Assembly: GCA_958009085.1 (NCBI GenBank)
Contig: OY253684.1
Location: 496,001-560,000 of the forward strand
DNA from: Protoeuglena noctilucae
Taxonomy: Eukaryota
Direction: 5' to 3'
Length of the DNA stretch: 64,000 nt
Positions 21,931-36,200 of this stretch are shown in pieces. Made by a program: the position numbers and the translations under genes. A model generated the notes under the pieces. The model worked only from the letters and a program-made list of their open reading frames with translations, did not search any database and was not told the DNA's origin. Numbering within the stretch: the stretch's first letter is position 1; the number at the start of each line of letters is the position of its first letter.

Positions 21931-22588
21931 TGGTCTGACCAACGCGGCACTGCCAACTTTGCGCCCAGACTTGCGACGTTTCCGCCAAAGCAGCGCAGTG
22001 CTCTGCGCCTGTCGCATGCTTTCGCCCACTGCCCCATGCAACCCCTTGCCACTCGCCACCATGACCAATGTGCGGTGCACACACGCCCATGTCTCATTCC
22101 AGGAACTCACTCGCGTGTGCACATGCCTCATGCATGCTTGCTTAGAGCAGATGTTTATGTGAGAGATTACCCAATGTGATGCTGGGGTGGCGGCGCTATG
22201 GATCGAGCGCGCCCGAGCCTGGGAGCACCCCCGGCGCGCCCCTGGTGTCAGAGTGCCCGTTTCATGCTTCATTTCCCTCATCCGAGTATTCCTAGCATTG
22301 CCGATGATCCCGACGCCTCGCACTGGGTGTGCCAGGGCGCTTGCCCACAGCCATGCTTGGCAATGACGGTCGCGGCCGATGCCCCAGGACGCCGTCGTCT
22401 GGCGCGAGGTGCCAGAGGGCTGCCAATAATTTAAGACGCGATGTGAGAGCTCTCGTCAGTCCTTCAAGCCGACCACAGCGGCACGCCCCAATGCACGCAC
22501 GCCCGTGCGCAAGCCGCAGCAGCGAACACGGGCAGACATCGCTCGCTTGCAATGGTCGACGTGCCGCACAGAGTCTCTTGCGGCATCG

Positions 22589-24854
22589 TCACGCGAGTCG
22601 GGCTCTCTGGATGCCACTCCGGCTCCGCTGCTGCTTGGCCCCGACGCCCGCGCTCGACACGCAGTGCTGTGCCAGAAATCCGCTCGACGCCCGATCACTC
22701 CGCAAGATCTGATACACGACTCCCAGGGAGCCGACCAGGAGCTCGTCCACTTGCTCCATGGCATCCTTCGAGGGTACAGGCGAGAGGACAAGGCAGTGAT
22801 ATGGTGCAGGGAACCTCATTGGCAGCACCAACACCATGACACATGGGCGCCAAGGTCACGATCTGCCGAGGCTGGCGCAGGTGCGAAACAGGTTCATGCA
22901 ACGCGCGCCCGTGCGACGGCCCATCATCTCACCGGGTCGACGTCGGTGAGGAGCTGCACCATGCCGCGCGCGGGGTCGACCGAGCGCACGAACGCGCACC
23001 CGAGGCATCTGCCGTTGGTTGCGGCCAGGCCGACGATCTGCCCGGGGAGCGCCGCGGGCGACACGACGGCACCCGTCGCGCACGAGCGCACGCGCAGGGC
23101 GCCGATGGCCGCCTCGAGCGGGGGCGTGGTCTCGATCGCCGTCGCCAGGGACCGCCACAGGTCGTCGTCCGCCATTGCCAGCAAGTCCAGCCCCGTGGCG
23201 CGGCAGAGGAGCGCCGCCGTGCTCTTGTCGCGGTCCTTCTCCGCTCGCGCCCCGGATGAGGAAGACACCACCGCGCTGGGGGCTGTCAGCACCGCCGGGG
23301 GCATGGCACGGCCATCTGCAAACGACAAGGACACGTCACAGCCATGGATCCTTCACTTTACCATAGTGCTGCACCCGTCGATGAGCTACCACGACGGAAG
23401 TCGCACTCTTCGGCGGCTGGTAGCTTGCGGCTGCTCGCGGTGCCACCCTGCCGCCATGCCAGGGCCCTCACCGATCACGCCTGCCACGTCCTCAGGCGTC
23501 AGTTGCTTCGACGCGCCCGTCTGCTGCATGACGACGACGTGGGAGGGCCCGGCCAGATCCAAGATCTGCAACCAACCGAGAGCCAGACCGGGATGACATC
23601 AATGTGGGAGAAAGTGGCAATGCGCCGCCTGCATACACGCGAACGGTCGGACATGTCACCTCCAGCAGCAGGTCCAGTCCCGTGCCCCTGGTCCACCCGT
23701 GCGTGTTGACGACGACGGGGGCGTTCGGGAACGCAGCTGCGGCGTCGGCGAGCAAGGCCTGCACCGCCCTCAGGTACCCAACAGGGTCGCCTTGCGGGGA
23801 CGTGTCGCCCAGATACCGCACCACCCAGGGCTTCAGGTCCGGCCGGGCCGCCTGCTGCATCCACGGCGGACCGAAGACGGGGCCGGAGACGAGGGTGGCC
23901 GCCACGGTGCCGGGCGGGCTGAACTCCCCTTGGCCCATATCGGTGTCCAAATACACGACGGCGCCCGCCCGTGCCAGGAGGGCGTTGGCGATGAGGCGCG
24001 ACATGGTGGACTTGCCCGTGGACTTGGCGCCCACGATGCAGACGCGGGGAGGCGGCTCGCCCGCACCCGCCCCGCACACCTCCTTGGCGATGGTCTGCCA
24101 CGAGGGGGGCACCACGACACCCACCGCCTGAGCGGCTGTTGGGAGCCAAGCGCTGCGGACGCGGGCAGAGCAAGGCGCGGCGGAACTGCAGCAGATGGCG
24201 ACGGCGGGGCGAGGTGCGGAGCGAGCCGTGCGCGGCGCGGGAGCGCTCACCGGCCACTGCGGTCTCGCGGGGACACCCGAAGCCGGGCCGGGCCGCGTCC
24301 CGGCGCAGCCGTAACCTCAACATGCGAACCCTTCGGATCTGCAGTCACCAGCACGTTTGCTCCGGCCCCTGCGCGAAATCCGAGCGCCAAAAGCTCCCCG
24401 TCCGTCACGGCCACGTCGCAGGCCCCCGTGATGCACACGCTGCGTCCTTCGGTCAGCTGCGGGCGTCAAGAGCAAGTGAAGCATGAGGAGTGATAGCTTG
24501 CATGACCGGGGTGCTTTTAGAGAATCCAGGACGCTGCGCACGGTTGCAGACCTGCACGGTGAAGCCGCCGTCCCGCCCCACGTCGCAGGCGTCGGGGGAG
24601 GCGGTCTCCTGGGCCGCCTGACCACCGACGTCGACCGGCCTCTTGCGCTTCTTCTCCTTGCCCATCGCGGGCCAGCCGTCTCGCAGCGCGGTGGGCGCCC
24701 TTTGGATGCTGCAGCACAAGGGCGATTTTGCGCCACCGCGAGTCAGTGCAGCGGCGATGTCGGCATCCGTGTACTCTCTCTGGCATGCCGTGGCCCGAGC
24801 GGTGCCGCTTGTGCCTGTCACCCCCGCCTCCGCGGCCCCAGAGTCGGCGCCCAT
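22589..24854 (-). CDS. NOL9: Polynucleotide 5'-hydroxyl kinase NOL9/Grc3 (Clp1 family); spliced
   Basis: P-loop IVGAKSTGKST, YLDTDMGQGEFSPPG, VVNTHGW, C-terminal CLGCAFVRSVD and basic tail QQRSRSGIQRARLA*. Confidence 0.9.
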
Positions 24855-25427
24855 GTCAGTCTGTCAGTGGTTCACGCGCTCTCTCGCCGGGCATAGTGGC
24901 AGCGGCTCCCCTCTGTGCCATGAGATTGCGTGAACGCGACTGGGGGAGGATAGAGGCCTGGAGCTGGAGTACGGGCCCCCGGGAGTCCCTGTCGCTTGGT
25001 CTCCAGAGCAAACCGCGGGTTTGCGCCCGTAAGGTGAGGCGGCCATTGTCCGCATTTTTCGTTTCATCGCAAGAGCTTACTCCCGACCCACCGACCAGCC
25101 TCGATCGTGCTCGCCCGGGCCCGGAGCGAACCTCTGCGACGTTCCCGCGGCCATCCCGAGCCGCCGGTGCACAGACCAGCGTGATTTTTCTTCTCTTACA
25201 CGCCACCGCGCCTGGGCCGCGCCTGGGCCGCGCCTGTCCGGGGCCCGCCTAGCAAAGTGGAGTTTGCCCTTCTCTCAGAGGAGGATCCAACGGGCGCTGC
25301 AATGACGTGCTGGTTTTCTTCATCCGCAGCTTGCCGCCGGGCGGGCAGGCGGTGCGGGGTTGACGGTGTAGGGTCCGGTGCGTGACGGCGCTTCTCAGCG
25401 CGAGGGGGGAAGCGGGGGGCCGACAAG

Positions 25428-28400
25428 ATGGCGCGGAAGGGAAAGCAAGCTGATGCTGAGAAGGTGCGGTTCGGGCACGCTCGCGGAGCGCCGGATCCAC
25501 GCCGGCCGGGGCCCCCGCATGCTCGGCAATGTTGGCAGTTGACCGACGGTAGCCAGGCCCCGCGGCGAACACGCGAGGCTTCAGTGCCGTCAGCTACAGC
25601 GCTATGAGGTCAACCGCTGCCGTGGCTGCCGGTTAGCCCCGCAGGTTTGCTCGTGTCCCTAACGCATTTCAGGCCCCGCATCGGCGCCCACCTTTGCCGC
25701 TCCCGTGCCCCGCGCCCGCAGTATCTCGAGTCGCGGGCATCCGTCCGCCAGCGAGAGCGCGAAACGGTGGCGAAGATCTATCGCCGGCGGTCCTTCGCGC
25801 GGATCAAGCGCGAGGCGGATGCTCGGAGGTTGCAGGCGACGGTCCTGGGCAACGAGAGGGTGGACACGGAGGCGCAGCGCAAGGTCATGATGCAGACGGG
25901 GCAGGTCACTGAGGCCGCACGGGCGCGGTCTCAGCGCATGCTCAACCACCTCACCAAGTCGCGCAAGGGCATGGGAGGGGAGGGCCCAGAGATCGATCCC
26001 GAGGTGCCTGGCCGCGCCCGCTTGGAGGTCCCGCCGGTGCTCGCAACCCTCCCACAGCGCGGGAGCTGGTTCGTCTCACGCCCCGCCATGCTGTGTCCGC
26101 ACGCGCAGTCCGGGAAGGTCATCCTGCCGCCCGGCAAGCCCAGCCTGGAGCTGGCGGAGATTTTTCGCCGAGCGGCGCATCCGACGGAGATGATCAACGA
26201 CTGGTTCGAGTACGTGCACCCCCTGGCGCCCCTGGCCAAGATCGGGCAGGCGCGTGGCATGCCTCGCGGCGTTGCACCTGCCCTCCCCTGCCCTGCGTAT
26301 CTCCGAGCCCGGCTTTGGTACCGTGACCATGTTTCTCGGCTTCTCGCCGCAGGTGTTGGGACCCGGGATGGAGCTGTACTTCCGCACGCTGCGCATGCTG
26401 GGCATGGTGCTGGTGCTGGCCTTCTTCCTGGCCTACTGCTGGATCTACGTGGCCAACTACGGCATCTTTTACGACAAGGACGGCAGCCCGTTCGCGCTGA
26501 ACCGCCCGGTCTTCTTCCGCACGGCGGGCGGCGTGGGGACCAAGGTCACGGGCATCGAGCTGAACGGCGCCTCGCTGGCGGCCGTGCCGGTGCAGTCGAA
26601 CGCAACGATCCAGGAGGCGATGAACTCGTTCATCAAGTACGACATCAAAGGGACGGCCACCAACTACGTCAAGCAGGGGACCTTCCTGTACTTCATCGAG
26701 GGCATGTCTTTGCTGATTGGCCTCATCGTGTACATCTTCATCCAGGTCACGCGGCTGCGGGCCACCCGCATCGTGCGGCGCGTCGACGAGGACACGATCG
26801 AGGTGTCGGACTACACGGTGAGCGACGCAGCGGCGGGGCGGGGCGTGACTGGGTGACGCGGTGCTGGCGCAGCGGCTGAGGAGCCCCGCGGCCCGCTCGG
26901 TGCAGGTGTATGTCCGGAACATGCCGAAGCAGAACGTGAGCGCGGGGGAGGTGGCTGAGTGGTTCACGGACCGCTTCGGCAAGGTGGCCGAGGTGCAGCT
27001 GGCGTCGGACGACCAGAAGCTCTTTGACAGGGTGAGGACGTCCAGACTCCTGTTTGACTTTATGACTCGCGAGACACGAAACGCTGTACTCCCTCCTGCT
27101 CTTGGCTGCAAGCGATCCGTGGCCCTGGCTGGCGCCACGCTTGCTGGGCCGCGCCCTTTCGTGCAAGCAGCGGTCGTAAGCCCCGAGCCGTGTCCTCTCC
27201 CTGCAGCTGTTCAAGCGGTCAGAGCTGATGATGGAGCTGAAGCGCGCCCGCGAGCGCGTCAAGATCAACATGGGCACCCGCAAGACGGTGCGCGCCATCA
27301 AGGCCAAGGTGGAGAAGCTCGACGTGAAGCTGCAGCGGCTGCAGAAGCGCGCGCACTACTCCATCGTCGGCGCCTTCGTCACGTTCAACGCCGAGGAGTC
27401 CAAGAACAAGTGCCTGGCGCTCCTGTCGCCCGACTGGTTGAACATGATGTGGCGGCCCCACAAGTACCGCTTCAACGGCGCACGCGTCTACGCCAACCAG
27501 GCCGAGCCCCCAACCAACATCAACTACCGCAACCTGCAGGCGAGCAGCGCCGCGCCTCTTTGCAGCAGGGCCGACGCTTGCCCCCGGAACGTGCCGTGCG
27601 ACGTACCCTGCAACGTGCTGCGCGTGTCAGCAGGCCCCCGCGAGAGCGCCCGCGTTCCCCTGGACTCCCCCGCAGTTCGGCGAGGTGCGCCAGTTCTTCC
27701 GCCGCGCCTTCTCGTTCGCGATGTCGGTGATCGTGCTGGTGGTGTCCTTCCTTATCATCTCCGAGATCCGGTACCGCGTCCGCGTGCTGTCCTCGACCCT
27801 CGTGTGGGACAAGGACCTCTTGTCGTCCTACGCCGCGGTCCTGCCCAGCGCTATCGACGCGGCCACGTCGTCTCCGTACAACGAGCTCCGCTACGACGCC
27901 ATCCCGACGTGCGAGGACGCCTTCAACGACGCCACGTCCACCGTCCTCGACGACACGTACAACGGCAACTCCCTGTCCACTTACTACAAGTGAGTGCGGC
28001 GTGGGGGTGGTGGTCGGGTCCCGGTGGTAAACCAGGGCACGTGCAGGGCGGGTGCAGTTGCGGTGGTTTGCGGCCACGAAGGCACGGAGGCGACCCGCTG
28101 TGCCCTGTTGCGACGAGTGGGACCCAGCGACGGGCCCATGTACCACAAAGCGACCCCGCCCCTCGTGCCGCCCCCCTCAGGTCGGTGTCGTTCAGCTACG
28201 GCGCCCCGCTGACGGTGCAGCTGACCACGGAGGCGGCCACTGACGACACGTTCACCAAGAACGGCGACAACTACGTGGTGGTCCAGGCTCTGATCGACTC
28301 GTACAGCCAGGCCAGCGACACGAGCCTCTCGCCCGACCAGCAAGGCACCTACGCCTACCAGGTGCGACGGCGCGGCGAGGATTGCTGTGTGTCAAGGACG

Positions 28401-30981
28401 ATGGCCGTTGCATTCCAACTGCCTCCCTTGCGCCGCTCCCGTCCCTGCCCTAGCAACACGCCCGTTCGCTTGGCCCACGCGCCCGTCCCATTCACGAGTC
28501 CTTGACAAGGCTGCCCCCGCAGAGCATGGCCTTCGGGTGCTACTGCACGGGTCTGTGGGCGAGATTTGAGCAGACCAACCGCGTGGACAAAACCATCCTC
28601 GACGCGATCACTACCGACTGCAGCACGTTCGCCGGCGTCAACGCGCAGCTCAAGGACCTCGCCACCGCCGCTTCCTTCGTCACAACGATTTTCAACTTCA
28701 TCATCCAGGCCATCGGCCAGCTCCTGGCGCGCTTCGAGGGACACCACACCGGTGAGGGGCGCTGCTTTTTGAGGGGCGCCGCTTGGCAAGGGAGGCACGC
28801 TTGGCCCCGTATCCGCTTGCATGAGATGACGGCCCATGGCAGAACGGCACACGACTGTGGTGCTGTAAGGGAACACAGGGCGCCGGGCTCACTGGCATGC
28901 TGGCACCCGCTCGCGTGCTTGCACCAGACCCGCCCCCCCTTGCACCCGGCTCCCCTCGTACCCTCCGCAGTGACCAATGTAATGGCTAGCCAGATCGTCA
29001 AGCAGGCCATCCTGCAGTGGATCAACACGGGTTTCATCCAGCTCATCGCCAGCGCGCGCTTCCGCGCCGGTTCGAGCGTCACCCGCGGCCGCTTCGGCGC
29101 CGGCTTCTACGAGGATTTCACTCAGGCGTGGTACAGCGACGTGGGAGACCAGCTCCTGCGCACGGTGCTGATCGCCGCCTTCGCGCCCCTCGCCATGCGG
29201 TTCCTCACGTTCGTCCTCTCCAAGTGGTCGCGCAAGAAGGCTGTCAAGAAGGCCATCATCCAGGAGGACCTCAACAAGGGCATCGTGGGACCCCCGGTGA
29301 GGGGACAGCCTGGGCAGCCAAGCGGGCAGCATTTCCCCGCATTGCCACACACCCCGCCTCATCGTCACCCACTTGCCTGATCCCGTACGCCCCCCTCGCT
29401 TCCCCTGGTAGGAATGCAACCCTTACGCGTGGTTCACAAAACGTTCCCTCTCTCCCTGGTCCCAGTTCGACGTGGCCAAGGAGAACGCCGACCTTCTCAT
29501 GATCATGCTGACAGTGATGATGTACGCGGGCGGCCTGCCGCTCATGTTCATCATCCTGGCCTTCAAGTGCCTCATCCAGTACTACGTCGACCGCGCCATG
29601 GTGCTGCGCGTGTGCCGCACGCCGCCCCGCCTCAACGACCGCATCACGCACACCGTCCTCTCCGTCTTCACCTTCGCCCTCTTCCTGTACGTCATCATGA
29701 CGGCATGGATGCTCAGCTTCTTCGTCACCCCGGACGTCAGCCAGGTGAGCCATCCCGGTCATGTTTGCTGTTAGTGATGTGGCACTATATGAGCCCTGCA
29801 CCTCACATCTACCATGACAGGTGTCAGTGACACAAGCCCACGCTCTCTGAACCCAAAGCTGGCCGGGTGCCCCCTGCCACTCCGCCGGGCGTCGGCTCTT
29901 ACCCTTCACCCCCCACACGCCCGGTCTTGCTTCCAGATCGCCGACAAGAGGTTCAACAGCAACCTGAGCCGGTACACGACGACGATCGACAAGAGCGGGA
30001 CGCCCAACCTGACGAACGACGGCAACTACAACGCGGCGCGCGTGCTGCAGACCAACGCCTTCTTCCTTTTCCTCTCCGCCGTCCTCATGGTCGCCTACTT
30101 CGTGGTCTGGAAGCGCGTCCTCTACCCCATCGTCATCGTGTTCGTCGTGCGGGGCGTCCTGGGCGGCCTGCTCCGCACCTTCACCGCGTGCTGCCGCGGC
30201 CGCGCGAGGTGGAAGAAGGGGGAGCAGATGGACTTCTACGAGGCCTACCGCACCGGGAGGCTCCAGGGCACCCCCACGTACGCCATCATCGACCAGCCCG
30301 AGTTCAAGGCGCATTTCGAGGTGAGGCAGCGTGGGGCACACGTGGAGATGAGGCACACGTGGAGGTGAGGCAGTGTGGAAGGGATGCAGTGAAACAGTGT
30401 GGGGTGTCTTGTGAGGTGAAGAGCTGACTTGACACAACCCAGGGGGCAGCATGATGGGCACCGTGCGACCTTGCCAAAGCGCAGCAGTCTCTGCATAAGC
30501 GCGTTCACCTGCGCCATGCTGGGTCGACATGTGGCATGCATCACTCCTCTCACGTCCCGCTCGTGTATGGCGCTCCCCGCAGCTCGACGTGGCGCTGCAC
30601 GAGCCCGACGACGACCTCCCCGACAGCGAGGGCGCCACGGACAAGGTCGTGGTGCGTGCCCTGACGGAGCGCAAGCGGCGGGGCAAGAAGAAGAAGGACG
30701 ACGATGACGACGACGACGGCGAGGAGACGGCCTCGCAGCCGCCGGTGAGGCTGCGGAACCGTGGGAGACACATTATCATGTTCGAATGATGCAGACAGTG
30801 CCGTGTTGGAGACGCCGACTTGTCAAGTGAGCGACGGGGCGGCTGGCATGGTGACCGACTGACTGTATTGTCTCTGGTTTCCGCACAGGCTGAGGAGGAC
30901 AAGGACGAGGAGGCGACTGAGGAGGGCAACATGTCCACGGCAGCCGGCAACGCGCTGAGCTTCCTGCCCAAGCTGTGGTGA
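25428..30981 (+). CDS. Multi-pass membrane protein of the OSCA/TMEM63-TMC superfamily; multi-exon
   Basis: GPGMELYFRTLR, SDYTV|VYVRNMP, FGKVAEV, GAFVTFN, AEPPTNINYRNL, FEGHHT, YYVDRAMVLRVCRTPP; many hydrophobic helices; acidic C-terminal tail. Confidence 0.8.
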
Positions 30982-31527
30982 ACGCCCTCACCGCGCCACC
31001 GACCTCGCAAGTGTGATGAGCCAACATGGTTCCATCGGCGTCCTGCGCGTGCGCCCAGCCCTCGGCCGGCGGGGCTGCCGTGGACGCGTTACATGGCCCA
31101 AGCTACGTGTTACGTGCTTTGACAGGATTGCACAGTGTCCCGTGTCATCCCTACCCTCGTCTAATGCCATCTGAGCTGCTCGCCGCCTTTGTGCCTGAGA
31201 ACTTATTTTTTCTGACTGCTTTCCATGACACGTTCCCTGTGCTTGACTGGTTGCCGCTCGGCATGGCCAGCATCGGTCATACCAGGCGGCGCCACAGGTC
31301 GCAAGGGCACGCAGCGCTCTGACATGGCAGATCCCATTCATTCAACTCGCACAGGATCCGTTTGAAAACCACCACATCACGGCAAGACACACGGTCTTTT
31401 CCATACCTTGCGGGCATGGAAAATGAGATAGCATGCATGGAAATGAGCAAAAAATGCAAGCTGAAGTCCTGATCTGTACTACTGTCTGCAACTGGAACAG
31501 GCGTCGCTGAAAAGGGAAAAAGCACGA

Positions 31528-32517
31528 TTAGCCGTTCACGAGCTTCTTCAGGTCGTCGTACTGCTTCCGGACCGTCGTCGTGATGCGATTGATGGCCGCT
31601 GCGGCACAAAAGAGCGGGGACACTCCCTTGGCACGCTGTGGAAGCCCTGCCATGTTCACCATCACTCGTGTCTTTTCCATCTCACGTCCTGAGCCTCCCG
31701 AGAGCCTCACCTGTCATCTAAGCCCTCATGTCCAAGCCCGCAACCTGAGCCCCAAGCGCTGGCCCCTCACCCATGATCTTAGCCTTCTCGTCAGCGTCCA
31801 CCACCCTCGGCCCCCACCGTGCCAGAAACTTGTCAGGGTGCCAGCGAAGGGTGAGGACGCGATGGGCGGTCTTGCCCGCCGCATCGCCCTGCGCCCCAAG
31901 CATCTGCATCATGCCTGACATCACGTCCTTCGATGGTGGCCAGGGGATGTCGTTATACGCCACGCTTGGCGGGTTGGCCTGCGGCAGGCCAGCAAGGGGG
32001 TGGCAGTGGGCGCGGGAAGCACACCGCAAGAGGGCGCCGTGTGCCATTGGACGGCCAAGCACGTCCGTCACGTCAACGTGGTGCCTAGCTCTACCGCTCC
32101 ATCAGTGCCAGTTGCATAGGCGCGTGGCACCTGCTCAAAGAAGCGCCAGGCGAGCTCGTGCCGCTCCCAGGGCGAGCCGTCCGGGATCAAGAACGCAGCC
32201 TCGCGGTCCGCCTTACAGGGCCCCGCGGCCTCCGCTGCCTGCTCAATGAGAATCGTTCCGGGTTTTGGACTCTTTGCGGCCTCAGCAATGCGATGCGCAG
32301 TTCACGGTCGTCGGCAATCCTCACCAGCTCTCGCCGGTGCTGGTCCATCATCTTGGCCCGTAGACGCGCGCGGATCTCGATGCGCTCCTGCATCGCCGCC
32401 TCCGTCGCGCGGTCCTCCGAATCGCGAATCACGGACTGAGATCTCTGGAGCGCTGCAGATCAAAGCGCAGTGAAATGCTCGCCGCTCGGTGCAGTCAAGG
32501 CGACGCCGCGATCCCAT
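31528..32517 (-). CDS. Small protein with an NFKBIL1-type C-terminal J-like domain; spliced
   Basis: WERHELAWRFFEQ|ANPPSVAYNDIPWPP...LRWHPDKFLARWG...|AAINRITTTVRKQYDDL. Confidence 0.65.
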
Positions 32518-33219
32518 CGTGACACGACATCCAACAGTCAACGCGCGAGCTCGCGCGGCAACGCACCCGGCTTGTTAGGCCCGCTGGTGCTCTCCTGTCC
32601 CGGTCTCCGCACGTGACCCTGCTCCCCCTCCTGCGCCCGCGACGTGGCAAGGCGTTCGCCATGTCAGCAGCCGCGCACAAATGCGATCTGACACTGGGAC
32701 TGAGCTGCGGTGCCGTGCCACCGCGCGCACCTCGGGCAGTTGCGCTCTTGACTGGACATCCGAGCTCCACGGCATGCCAGGCATCTGCAGGAATCACGAC
32801 AATGGCTTGCAGCGCAGTCGAGTCACAGCTCATAGACTAGTGCCAGACCCTATGCATCGCGGCCTCACCGCCGACGGGGTAGCCGCGGGGCTGCGCCCAT
32901 GCACCCGCGCAAACTCCTCGGCGCGCCATCCTCCGATGAGGCGGCCCTTAGAAGACGACATGGACTACTCCCTGCGCATGAAGCGCGTGTGTGGGCGCCA
33001 AAGAGGTGACCATTGGCGGTCGGCTGCCTCCGCCATCGGCATTCAACTCAAACTTGTGCTGCAGCTGACAGCGTCCCCGTTTCGAAGCAGCTGGCCGGGC
33101 TTTGGACCATCCGAACGCCCTTCCTTGGCGCTCATTCCATGATAGTCGCCCGCGGTTCGTGAGAACACGATTGCTGCGCGCGCCGTTCGGCAGCCGAGGC
33201 GAACAGGCTTTCGCGAGCC

Positions 33220-36200
33220 ATGGAGCGGGGGGGGGAGGCCTCCACGTCCGGCGGACATGGAGGAGGGGGCGACGGAACCGTTGCAATGGCGGGGAAGCAG
33301 AGGAAGGGCAAGCCAGGTCCGCGACGCCGCGACGCGCCCCTGGCCTCCGCCGGCCACGTCGCGCGCCCCTCGCGCCGATTCGCGCGTTCTTTTACAGAAA
33401 CTGTGGCTTGCCTCGCTCCTGCAGGGACATTTGAGGCGATGGGGCTCTCCGCACCGGTACTTAAGGCCATCAAGCGCAAGGGCTTCCAGGTGCGGCTGCC
33501 CGACCGTTCCTGGCGCGCCCCCGCCGATAGGGCGCACCTCGTGGCGTCCACTCCACGCACACGGCTCCTGTACTCATCCGCCGCGTGCTCGTTCCGCCGC
33601 AGCTCCCTACTCCCATTCAACGCAAGAGCATCCCCGTCATTCTGCAAGGGCTCGATGTGGTGGGCATGGCGCGCACGGGGTCGGGCAAGACGGCCGCGTT
33701 TGTCGTTCCCATGATTGAGCGGCTGAAGACGCACTCGCAGCGGGCTGGGTGCCGTGCCATCATCCTCGCGCCGACGCGCGAGCTCGCGCTGCAGACGTAC
33801 AAGGTCTGCAAGGAGCTCTCCCGCTACACAGGTGCGCCGAACTGAACGTATACCAGCAGCAAGTTATTGCTATTTGTTTGTTAAAACTGCGGGTGCGTCT
33901 GTTTCCGCTCGCGCTCCTCGCCCGCGGTGGCAACAGTCCACGCCACGCCCTTCCCCGCAGACCTCCGCTGCGCCTGCCTTGTGGGCGGGGATTCGATGGA
34001 CGCGCAGTTCGAGCAACTGGCGTCCAACCCGGACGTGATCGTAGCCACGCCAGGCCGCCTCATGCACCACCTGCGCGAGGCGAGCAGCGGATGCCGCACC
34101 GGCCAGGCTTGCCGTTCGCTATCCGCCCAGGGCCCTCCTCACGAGCTTTCGTCTTCTTTTGGCGCGCAGGTGGACGGGTTCGATCTCCGGGTCGTCGAGT
34201 ACTGCGTCTTTGACGAGGCGGACCGCCTTTTCGAGATGGGCTTTGCCGACCAACTCAAAGAAATCCTCTCGAAGCTCCCGGAGTCCCGACAGACCCTGTT
34301 GTTCTCCGCGACGATGCCTCAAGCCCTCGCGGAGTTTGCGCGCGCCGGCATCCGCGAGCCGGAGCTGGTGCGCCTTGATGCCGACACCCGCGTGTCGCCG
34401 GACCTCTCTCTGGCCTTCTTCACGGTGCGCCCCGAGGACAAGCCCGCCGCCCTCCTGCACCTCATCAAGGAGGCGAGTCAACACGGCAGTGCGGCTGCAC
34501 TCCTGCTGTGACTCATTGCTCTCACCGACTATCAGCGAACAAGCCAACAAGCACCCCCTTGCCCTGCTCCCCGTTCAGGTGCTTCCCCGCAGCCACGGCG
34601 AGGTGCGCCACCAGTCGACGCTGGTGTTTGTGTCCACCAAGCACCACGTGGAGTTCCTGCACACGCTCCTGGAGGCAGACGGCATCCAAGCGGCGTGCGT
34701 GTACGGGTCCATGGACCAGGTGAGGCATGGACGGGGTGTGCATGAATCTACAGTGCAACACTAGCACTGTGGATCCAACGAGCGGTAAGATGAGGTGTAG
34801 GTGGTTGCAACATGCTCACCCTACCCCAACACGCCCCCCTGTCTCTCTCTCTCTCTCTCCTCAGACGGCCCGCAAGATCAGCGTGGCCAAGTTCCGTGCC
34901 GGCAAGGTCCCCCTGATGATCGTGACAGACGTGGCGGCGCGTGGGATCGACATCCCCCTCCTCGACAACGTCATCAACTACGACTTCCCATCCAAGCCGA
35001 AGCTGTTCGTGCACCGGTGAGGCTGTATATGTATGGATGGCCTGCGTGTGTTGGTATTGTGTGTGCCCATGCATGGATGGCCTGCTTGCATTGGTGAGGG
35101 AACGAGGGACATGGCGAGGGTTCAGTCTCTGCAGGCAAACGCACTCGCCCTCTACCCCGCCCGATCCCTTCAACCCCACCCACACGCCACCCTCCCCTCA
35201 CCCTCCCTCGCAGCGCCGGCCGTGCTGGTCGCGCCGGCCGCACCGGCACTGCCTTCTCGCTCCTCACCAGGGACGAGCTCCCTTACCTATTGGACCTCCA
35301 CACCTTCCTCAACCTCCCCGTCGCCCCCGCACCCGTCGTGCCCGACCCCAGCCAAGTCGCCGACCCCAATGGCTGCCTCCGCACTGTGGAGTCCACCGAT
35401 CCATCGCTCTTTGGCTCCGTGCCACAAGTGAGCCGCCAGAGACCAGCGACCACCGGGGATCTCGTGTCAGAGTTACCGTCATTGGTCTTGTCTCAGAGAG
35501 ACTAGAGTTGGAGTTGTTTACTGGCACCCAGGCACACCCCCACCCCGCACCGTCGCACCCACCGCCCCTCACCCCACACACGCCCTGCCCCTTTGAACCC
35601 CAGGTCCTCCTGGACGCGTCAATTGAGCGTGTGAAGGAGCTCTGCAGCGCCAGCAAGTCCGCCGTCACGCTGCTCACCATGCAGAGGCCCCTGGCCAATG
35701 CGACCAAGCTCTACCGTAAGACGCGGCCCAGCGCGTCCAGGGAAGCCGTGGCGCGGGCCAAAGAGCTGGGACCCGAGGGGGCGCACCCGTTTCTGGCGCG
35801 GCACCTGCCTGAGTCAGGGAGGATTAACCTGGGGGCCGAGGTGGAGCTCCAGGTGAGGGGTGGGGTGGGGTGCGGTTGGCGTGCGGTTGGGTGGGGTGGT
35901 TGGTAAGGAGTGCAGGGGGTGGTTGATTAGGTGGTGATTGATAAGCGGTGATTGACCGTGCTTTCTCCGCCCAAGCGCTATCTGACCCATGAAACGCCAG
36001 TGCCGGTTCGCCCCCGCAGTCCATCGCACAGAAGATCAGGGACTTCCGCCCGTCCGCGACGGTCTTTGAGGCCCAGGTGGCCCCGGGGCGTCGCGCGGAG
36101 GGGTCTCAGCCGGCCAGCCTCCCCCTGCCGGGCGCGTCGGGGGGCGCGGTGTCAGAGATGATGCGTAAGAAACGCATACAGCACGACAGGGTCGTCGGGG

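Noticed and set aside
34842..34862. (CT)n microsatellite
   Set aside because: Ordinary polypyrimidine tract before an acceptor.
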